NCBI GenBank assembly: GCA_964634305.1
Contig: CAZWLE010000001.1
Span: 78,120-142,119 of the forward strand
Direction of reading: 5' to 3'
From: an uncultured Candidatus Saccharibacteria bacterium
Lineage (GTDB): Bacteria; Patescibacteriota; Minisyncoccia; Phycocordibacterales; Phycocordibacteraceae
DNA: 64,000 nucleotides
The notes beneath the pieces were generated by a model. The model searched no databases, was not told the DNA's origin, and was given only the letters and a program-made list of their open reading frames with translations. Shown here in pieces: positions 57,407-64,000 of the stretch. Numbering within the stretch: position 1 is the stretch's first letter; each line of letters opens with the position of its first letter. The translations under genes were made by a program, and so were the position numbers.

Positions 57407-58021
57407 CTAAGGCATGTCGCGTAGTCGCCAGAGGATACGACAGGCCGTACTTCGGTGAGGTGACCATTGTGCTGCAACCGTTTCGTATACCTCTCGCTTG
57501 GAGTCTTTAGGAATGCCATAGAGCGTCTCCATCGAACGAATGAGACCAAGGTCACGTGCAGAAAAAATATCGGGGTGTCCAAGACCAAACATAAGAAACA
57601 TTTCAGCCGTCCATTGCCCAATACCCCATACTGCGGTTAATGCTTCGATAGCCTGTTCTGGTGACTGTTTCCGTAACCCCGAGAGACGCAGGCCATTAGT
57701 CACGGCACGCGCAAGTTCTTTCAAGGTTTTTGCCTTCGCGGCGGAAAGGCCTGCCGTGCGCATGCGGGGCAGGGGAGCAGCAAGGACAGAGGCTGGCGTT
57801 ACCCTTCCACCACACACTATTTCAAGCCGCTTCCAAATAGTGTCTGACGCTTTGACCGAAAGCTGTTGTGAGACCACTGACTCCGCAAGGGAAGCGAACA
57901 GACGGTCACCGCTACGCGGTGCCGACCGTTTAGCGAGCATCTTACGAACCCGTTTGCCCGCGGTATAGAACACTGGGTCCACCTTTTTATAGTGCAGAAA
58001 TGCAGCGTCCAGGTCATCCAT
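57407..58021 (-). CDS. alkA: DNA-3-methyladenine glycosylase II (HhH-GPD)
   Basis: SVVSQQLS, GLSAAK, GIGQWTAEMFLMF, DLG, WSPHRS. Confidence 0.92.
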   Translation of the reverse strand: MDDLDAAFLHYKKVDPVFYTAGKRVRKMLAKRSAPRSGDRLFASLAESVVSQQLSVKASDTIWKRLEIVCGGRVTPASVLAAPLPRMRTAGLSAAKAKTLKELARAVTNGLRLSGLRKQSPEQAIEALTAVWGIGQWTAEMFLMFGLGHPDIFSARDLGLIRSMETLYGIPKDSKREVYETVAAQWSPHRSTACRILWRLRDMP

Positions 58022-58086
58022 AGCGTCGCTATTATACCCATGACCGCAAGGAACAGGGCGGGTCTCTCGGGCTATAATCCCCATAT

Positions 58087-58284
58087 ATGCTCCACCTTAT
58101 CGTGTGGGTCGTCATCGGACTCCTGGCGCTCTCCTTCTTTGGCATATCGCTTCGCGCTATCGCGAACTCACCAACCAGCCAGGACAATATGTCGTTCCTG
58201 GTCGACACTCTTCGAATTGGCTGGGATTATCTTGAGGCGTGGGTAACGACTCTCATCTCAGGCTTTACTGACCTTGGTCAATAA
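58087..58284 (+). CDS. Small membrane protein
   Basis: TATAAT 8 nt upstream of ATG; TM with LSFFGISLR. Confidence 0.7.
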   Translation: MLHLIVWVVIGLLALSFFGISLRAIANSPTSQDNMSFLVDTLRIGWDYLEAWVTTLISGFTDLGQ

Positions 58285-58285
58285 T

Positions 58286-58531
58286 ATGGAAGAAGAGCGC
58301 CGCAAGATAACAATACTGGTGCCAAAAGAAGCGGAACCAACCTTTGCAAACGCAACGCAGGTTATGGTCTCCGATGACTCCGTCATCGTTCAGTTTGCAT
58401 TCGTTCGTCCAGCTGCAACGAGCGGTCAACTGCTTTCTGAAGTAGTGATGTCTCCAAAACATGCGATTGAATTTAAGCGGGCACTTGATGAGACCATCAA
58501 GAAGCATTTCACCCGCCATCTCGAGAACTAG
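58286..58531 (+). CDS. DUF3467-like protein
   Basis: FAN..QV......VQF......VVMSPKHA..F...L pattern. Confidence 0.7.
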   Translation: MEEERRKITILVPKEAEPTFANATQVMVSDDSVIVQFAFVRPAATSGQLLSEVVMSPKHAIEFKRALDETIKKHFTRHLEN

Positions 58532-58567
58532 ACAAATACGTTTTTAGTGCTATGATTTACATTAACC

Positions 58568-60598
58568 ATGCCTGACGGATTCAATCGACCTCCCAAGGTA
58601 CAGCGCGCTGAGGCGATACGGGTCGAACCCGTGCAGGAACAACCTCCACAAGAACTTTCGATTGACTCAAAACCAAAAACTCCTCGTAAGAAAGCTGATG
58701 CTGCTCAGCAAACCGTTATTCTTCGTGAGCGCTTGCAGAAACGCCGCAAGGTAAGTAAACGCGAGAGAGAACTTATGACGCCTGAGGAAATTAAGGCGGA
58801 AGATGACGCTCAAAGTCAGAACAGAGATGCACGAAAAGAGCGTGCGGCTAAGCATGCCAAAACCACGGCATGGGGCGTAGCAGGCGTTGCATACCAATCT
58901 CAACTTGGCAGAAAAGCTCCAAAAGAAAAAATAAAGGTAGTAGCAAGGAAACAGCTCGAAAAACTAGCGACCTTGAAGAAGTTCGAGGAAACACAGATAC
59001 GTGCAGTAGACGAAGGTACGTTGACCGAAGAACAAGCAAATTTGAACATCGAGAATGCGCGGGGAATATGGCGTGAGACTGTCCGACTCGAGGAAGAGCG
59101 AGCACATCTTTCGCACGGCGGCATATTTAGCATTGCGTACCAAACCGGACTTCGCGGTGCAGAGGAAGATCTTAGTGCAATAGCGAACAAAATTCGTACC
59201 TCGCTTGGTTTTTCTCCATCAAAAGAACGTCGTCCGCAGAAGAGTCCATTTGAATCATCAATTAAGAACATGCTGTTCTCGACGCTTGCACTCTTTCAGG
59301 GACTAAATACCGCTGATGCTATCCGTTACAAAACGGACCCATTGGCCCCACAAGCATACGCAGGCGCACCAAGTGAGAGCGGACCTCGGATGATAGACGG
59401 AGTAGCAACGGTTGTGCTAAGCGATACAGCGCATTCGCCGTTTGCGGAACTTATCAAAGAACGTGGTTCATTGGAGCTCTCAAATTTTTACTTCCAACGA
59501 CCAGATAGGGGCATTTTCCGTACTTTCAGTGTGAATGAAAATACAGTCGCCACATTTGCTCCATACGAGTCACTTGAGAGATTATGGAAAGTCAAGCGCG
59601 AGAATCAAATCTCTGATGGTGTGGCAGCAAACCTTGGCTCCGAAATCTTCCTACAGCGTTGGCGCGATGCGGAAGCGCGTGGTGATTTGCATCGTTCAAG
59701 TCTCGATTTGGAAATGACTCGAAGCTACGGTCTTCTTGAAGGTGTGACTTCTACTGAAGCAGTGCTTAAGAATTTTGATTGGCAACGCTTCGCTGAAGAC
59801 CAATCGATAAGTGAGGAAAATCTGAGACTCATTCAAGCTCTTTCCGAACTCATAACACCGGTAATGATTGAATCAATCTTCCTCACTGAAATCATGCCTC
59901 ATAGCAGCGACGGTGCACTAAATGCAGCGATGTACGATTTCGTCCTTATCTACGGTGGTAGAGCCTATGTCTCTGCAATACCAGCACTTGGTGATGCTTA
60001 CATGTCCGTAGGTCCATCACAGGCAACCACATTTGTTACCGGTCCTAACCGGAGCACCGGCATTATGAGTCGATACATGAGCCCCGAAGCGTTCCGTCTC
60101 CTTAGATTGCCAACCTCCTATGAAGCAACAGACTCGGAGGAATATAAGACAGAAATAGCCATGAGTCCGGAGATTATTCTCTCCATCGCTGAGCACCGCA
60201 CTCTAACGCTTCTTAACGGAATGTGGAATATCGTTGCCTACACACAGAGCGGCGGAAATGCCCGTGAAGGACTCGAGCTTATCTTAGAAGAAGCAGAAAA
60301 TGGAGACCGCCGCACCGCACTTACTCGTCTCGCAGAATTGTTGGGAGAGTCGCACAATCACTCAGTTAAGACTGAAAGTGCTCTGCGCGCATTTGCCGAA
60401 AGAGGGGATATCACCGCCTCTCTTCCAAGCTTCACGTCTGATGATGCAATTGCTGAGTATGGAAGACGTATGCAGGGTAACTTTCCGGTCCTCTACGACC
60501 GATACAGCTATCTGGATAACCCCGAGACCCGACGTGCTATCCGTGAAGGGACGGTAACCGTTGCTGGGTCCTCGAGCCCTGCGAATAGGGCTCGATAG
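58568..60598 (+). CDS. Large hypothetical protein with charged N-terminus
   Basis: 676-aa ORF preceded by a TGCTATGAT box. Confidence 0.8.
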   Translation: MPDGFNRPPKVQRAEAIRVEPVQEQPPQELSIDSKPKTPRKKADAAQQTVILRERLQKRRKVSKRERELMTPEEIKAEDDAQSQNRDARKERAAKHAKTTAWGVAGVAYQSQLGRKAPKEKIKVVARKQLEKLATLKKFEETQIRAVDEGTLTEEQANLNIENARGIWRETVRLEEERAHLSHGGIFSIAYQTGLRGAEEDLSAIANKIRTSLGFSPSKERRPQKSPFESSIKNMLFSTLALFQGLNTADAIRYKTDPLAPQAYAGAPSESGPRMIDGVATVVLSDTAHSPFAELIKERGSLELSNFYFQRPDRGIFRTFSVNENTVATFAPYESLERLWKVKRENQISDGVAANLGSEIFLQRWRDAEARGDLHRSSLDLEMTRSYGLLEGVTSTEAVLKNFDWQRFAEDQSISEENLRLIQALSELITPVMIESIFLTEIMPHSSDGALNAAMYDFVLIYGGRAYVSAIPALGDAYMSVGPSQATTFVTGPNRSTGIMSRYMSPEAFRLLRLPTSYEATDSEEYKTEIAMSPEIILSIAEHRTLTLLNGMWNIVAYTQSGGNAREGLELILEEAENGDRRTALTRLAELLGESHNHSVKTESALRAFAERGDITASLPSFTSDDAIAEYGRRMQGNFPVLYDRYSYLDNPETRRAIREGTVTVAGSSSPANRAR

Positions 60599-60708
60599 GC
60601 TTCATTACAGCCGTAATATGAAGTTCTTCATAATTCCTTCAGGGGTCTAGAGCTATTGTGCGCCAGTCCTTCGAGGAGGACCGTAATTCGAACAACACCC
60701 TAAATTCC

Positions 60709-60921
60709 ATGAAAAAGCTGATTCTTGCTCTCGGTATCGCGGCGGCAGCCGTTCCTGGTCTTGCTTCCGCAGCTACGTACGCGTACGTGAACACGGCAGG
60801 CGAGGTGATGACGATGGAGGCAGCTACCGCTGAGGTAGCCCTCACGACCGCCCCGAACCTCCATTTGCGTAGTGGCGTTATGCTCGTCGGTGACGACGAT
60901 GCTGACGTCATCGGCAACTAA
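60709..60921 (+). CDS. Small secreted protein
   Basis: MKKLILALG...ASA signal, then TYAYVN..GEV...SGVMLV; hairpin downstream. Confidence 0.75.
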   Translation: MKKLILALGIAAAAVPGLASAATYAYVNTAGEVMTMEAATAEVALTTAPNLHLRSGVMLVGDDDADVIGN

Positions 60922-61033
60922 GAGCCGTACAGGCCATAGTAATGAAAGGTCCCGGAGCGTGCTGCGCTTCGGGACCTTTCATGAAGAACGACCATAGGTC
61001 GCTCATAATCGATTTCCTCTCTATACTTTACGC

Positions 61034-61834
61034 ATGACTACAAAACTGATTATCCCTGTGCTTGCACTCACATTCCTCATGCCAGGCGCCGTCTTTGCTG
61101 CTGACGGCAGCTTCGACGAGAAGACGCTCACCACTGATATCAAAAAGCCGACCGTAACGGGAGAAGCTGAAGATGTAAAAACGGTACGCATTCTTATTGA
61201 GAACAAAGAAGGGAAGGATATGTTCCGCAGCAACAAAATTACCGTTAAGAAAGGGGAGTGGAAGACAAAGATTTCCAAGGACCTCCCTGCCGGTACGTAC
61301 GACATAACGTTGTATGGGCCTAAAGGAGTGAGCAAGCAAACGTTGGCTAAAGACGAATTCGTCGTCAATCCAAAAGGTGTTGCTGCTGGTTCAACCATTG
61401 CAGGTGGTACGTTGAATGTCTCGTCCGTTCCGCTTCTTATGGGCGGCACCGCATCACGTGGCGCATCTATTCCGGTCGCCTACGTTAAAGTCTCAAACCC
61501 TGGAAAGAAAGTAGCTGCCATTACTGGCTTTCGTCTGAGCGAAACAGGCACCGCACCTGAAGATAAGGTCGTCATCGGATTCTCAACGAGCGATGATAAG
61601 GGCGGCTCACGAACGACGACGTATACAACCTTCAAAAGTGGTTACGCACTCGTCCCGCTGGCAGCAACGATTGAGCCAGGCACGTTCAAGATTTTCACCA
61701 TCAAAGCAATCATGGGCGGCGCTGATTCCTACTACGGAAAGAAGCTCCAGATTGATGTCGCAGGTGTTGGTTCGGCAGGTACCGTCAACGGAACATTCCC
61801 AATGAAGGGCACGACCTTCACCCTCATTTACTAG
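61034..61834 (+). CDS. Secreted Ig-like beta-sandwich protein
   Basis: Signal peptide VFA; KPTVTGEA...GEW....LPAGTYDI. Confidence 0.8.
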   Translation: MTTKLIIPVLALTFLMPGAVFAADGSFDEKTLTTDIKKPTVTGEAEDVKTVRILIENKEGKDMFRSNKITVKKGEWKTKISKDLPAGTYDITLYGPKGVSKQTLAKDEFVVNPKGVAAGSTIAGGTLNVSSVPLLMGGTASRGASIPVAYVKVSNPGKKVAAITGFRLSETGTAPEDKVVIGFSTSDDKGGSRTTTYTTFKSGYALVPLAATIEPGTFKIFTIKAIMGGADSYYGKKLQIDVAGVGSAGTVNGTFPMKGTTFTLIY

Positions 61835-61898
61835 TCCCCTCCTAGATAAAAAACGGCCCACTCTCTAGGTTTTTTATCTCGTTCTCGCGATGCCGAGA

Positions 61899-62062
61899 TA
61901 AAAAGAGCGCCGCCTTTACGGGCGGCGCTCGCTTAAGTTTGCTGTTACTTGCCTGAGTTGACGAAGGCTCAGAACACCAGTCGCGCTGGATGTCGAGTTC
62001 TTGGCACTGAAGGGCTAACACCTAGCCGCCCAGCCCTAAAGGCCGCACCGAGCCTTCGCCAA
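61899..62062 (-). ncRNA. Structured ~160-nt RNA, 6S-like
   Basis: TTGAAA-16-TATATT promoter (62094-62067); closing stem UUGGCGAAGGCUC/GAGCCUUCGUCAA around a bubble and terminal stem; terminator GAGCGCCGCC-GGCGGCGCUC-UUUUU. Confidence 0.5.
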
Positions 62063-62311
62063 GACAAATATAGCCTATATATGAGGCATTTCAACTATAT
62101 ATACATCTATGACTTCCCCGGTTTTAGAGAAAAGCGGGGAAGTGGTCTATAGACGAATCCCTCTAAGATTCTGATTTCGAGTCGTGAGGGAAGTATGGAA
62201 AATAATTTCTATACAGATACGCATGCATATGGGCGCACACTAAAAAGAATCCGAAGGGGAAGTACCTTCAAAAAGAATCAGAGGCCGCTCCTTACCTACG
62301 CCTCAGGATAT

Positions 62312-62339
62312 GCTTCGTAAAAGATATATTGTGCGAAGC
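62312..62339. other. Putative dif-type Xer recombination site
   Basis: GCTTCGTAAAA-GATATA-TTGTGCGAAGC (11-6-11), in a gene-free region at the gene-strand switch. Confidence 0.6.
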
Positions 62340-62554
62340 ATATAGTTTTGAGTTGGACAGCCCTGAACCCAGCTTTAAAGCCCTGCTCCCTATCTCGATA
62401 TCTCACTCACTTCCCGCTCGTCGTCTATCAAAACTTTTTCCGTTACTGCGTAATAAATTGTTTTTACATTTTCGACCACTTCCCCGGACCAGGGTAGTGG
62501 AGCAGCGGGGAGGAGCTAAATCGTAAACGAGTCAGACTCAAATACCTGACTCCC

Positions 62555-63340
62555 CTACCCTAGCGATATCTTCTCGTTTGTAAGATTTTGATATATGCGC
62601 TTGAAATTCTGTAAATCGTTTTTATCACCAGGACCAAGATGTTTGTAATTCGCACGAATCCACAAGCCCATGTCTTCCCATAACCTTTGAAGTTCAGGAG
62701 GCAGGTGGGCACGATGTTTTTGCCGTTCGTCTGATAATGCATAGAACATAATGAAAGAGCCTCCTTGTTTCCTTCTCATCTGCATTCGACGATTTCGCGC
62801 TACATCACTTTCCGTAGGAGTGCTGTCAGTAACGGGAATCGAGGCTGAACGCATCGCTTCCGCTATGTAGTGCGTATCTCTTACCATAAGCTCAATCAAC
62901 AGCTCCCGAAAAGCTTCATCTCGAACGTTCGGACCTTCTCTATAGAAAAAAGCTTGCTCCACCAACGCTCTATATTCTGCAGTGAGATTGGTCTTTCCTG
63001 AGGTATCGGTCATGGAGACGGCATGAGCCTTGCTTCCCGTAAACTGATGAACCTTCTTTAAGGTCGCATCGAAATATGGTTCACCGACAAACTCTTCTGG
63101 AGCAGACTTACTATAGCGAATAACAGCCTCGGCGAGAGACGGGTCGTTTGCAATCATGGCCCCGTATGCTTTCCGCTGAACCTCATGTTGTCCTTGTCCT
63201 ATCTGGAATGCCCAGAACACTATCTCAGAGACACGTTCAGCGTCGCTTATCGCTTCCTTACGCTCGTACTTTCCTTCTGGCGACCGGAGCGGAAACTTCT
63301 GATTATTAAGGAGCTTCGAAAATATCCCTCCTTCTCTCAT
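62555..63340 (-). CDS. Hypothetical protein
   Basis: ATG 1 nt after the stop of the LOG gene; 261 aa. Confidence 0.75.
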   Translation of the reverse strand: MREGGIFSKLLNNQKFPLRSPEGKYERKEAISDAERVSEIVFWAFQIGQGQHEVQRKAYGAMIANDPSLAEAVIRYSKSAPEEFVGEPYFDATLKKVHQFTGSKAHAVSMTDTSGKTNLTAEYRALVEQAFFYREGPNVRDEAFRELLIELMVRDTHYIAEAMRSASIPVTDSTPTESDVARNRRMQMRRKQGGSFIMFYALSDERQKHRAHLPPELQRLWEDMGLWIRANYKHLGPGDKNDLQNFKRIYQNLTNEKISLG

Positions 63341-63341
63341 A

Positions 63342-64000
63342 TCAACATTGAACGTTCTTGACGATATAGTCGTACGCCTCGTCAACCGAGTCCACGAGAT
63401 GGAAGATATCCATATCTTCTGGGTTTATCGCCTTGTTCTTCTCAAGGAGTGTCGTCTTTATAAACTGCATAAGCGGCTCCCAATACTCCTTTCCGTAGAT
63501 GACGATAGGAATCTTCCGAATCTTCTTGGTCTGCACGAGCGTCACTATTTCAAAAAACTCATCGAGCGTGCCAAATCCTCCTGGAAAGAAGACATAGACT
63601 TCAGACGCGAACGCGAGCATCGTCTTGCGTGCAAAGAAGTGATCGAACGTAAGCGTCTCTGTTAGGTACCCATTTGCGGCCTGCGGCTCGCCAAGACGAA
63701 TATTGAGGCCCACAGAGGTACCACCCACCTCATGTGCACCCTTGTTAGCCGCCTCCATAATGCCCGCTGCCCCACCGGTAATGACTGCAAAACCCTTCTT
63801 TGCAAGCTGGCCAGCGAGAGCTGTTGCAGACTCGTAGTACTGCCCTGCAAACGTTGTACGAGTAGACCCAAAGAACGTCACCGCAGTGCCGTACTTTTTG
63901 AGCAGGTCGAACCCTTCAACGAACTCGGACATTATTTTAAACACGCGCCACGGTTCGAGTTCGCGTGGCTTACAAACGAGTGGTTCAGGCGCCGCCGGTA
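63342..64000 (-). CDS. LOG family Rossmann-fold protein, 5' end outside the window
   Basis: TFFGS, ITGG..GIMEAANKGA, FFARK, PGGFGTLDE; frame is open to the window edge. Confidence 0.93.
   Translation of the reverse strand, partial: PAAPEPLVCKPRELEPWRVFKIMSEFVEGFDLLKKYGTAVTFFGSTRTTFAGQYYESATALAGQLAKKGFAVITGGAAGIMEAANKGAHEVGGTSVGLNIRLGEPQAANGYLTETLTFDHFFARKTMLAFASEVYVFFPGGFGTLDEFFEIVTLVQTKKIRKIPIVIYGKEYWEPLMQFIKTTLLEKNKAINPEDMDIFHLVDSVDEAYDYIVKNVQC

Noticed and set aside
61949-62526. Short ORFs 61949..62152 and 62329..62526
   Set aside because: They have TTG starts and no protein-like features, and they overlap the ncRNA and dif-like region.
1-64000. UGA-recoded genetic code 25
   Set aside because: Long conserved genes read through without internal TGA, and TGA ends genes such as scpB at ATGA overlaps.

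Overview
Chromosomal window from a small-genome bacterium using genetic code 11, most likely Patescibacteria/CPR (Parcubacteria-like). That assignment is inferred from the C-terminally truncated AlaRS, the short archaeal-type AspRS, the cohesin/dockerin genes and the leaderless-style gene starts. Core genes lie almost entirely on the + strand: alaS, infA-rpmJ-rpsM-rpsK-rpsD-rpoA-rplQ-rplM-rpsI, grpE/dnaK/dnaJ, tyrS, tRNA-Tyr, trpS, aspS, scpAB, mraY, ftsW, murG and gltX. The main candidate novel system is a ~13.8 kb island (38.0-51.8 kb) between ftsW and murG. It encodes its own TatC and TatA, a Tat-signal protein, a signal-less protein with phage-fibre-like repeats, a ~2,100-aa Sec-exported repeat fibre ending in a dockerin, and two membrane-anchored cohesin proteins. 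Together these suggest a non-cellulosomal cohesin-dockerin-anchored surface fibre with a dedicated Tat export route. Other highlights: a T-box riboswitch with an ultra-short Ile-type stem I in front of a glutamate--cysteine-ligase-like/cyclotransferase pair; a dif-like 11-6-11 site flanked by converging GGGAAGT motifs at the gene-strand switch (~62.3 kb); a 6S-like ncRNA; a paralogous pair of HDxxH orphans; and an unknown enzyme-like gene coupled to an orphan 7TM histidine kinase. All family calls come from reading motifs by eye; no database searches were run.
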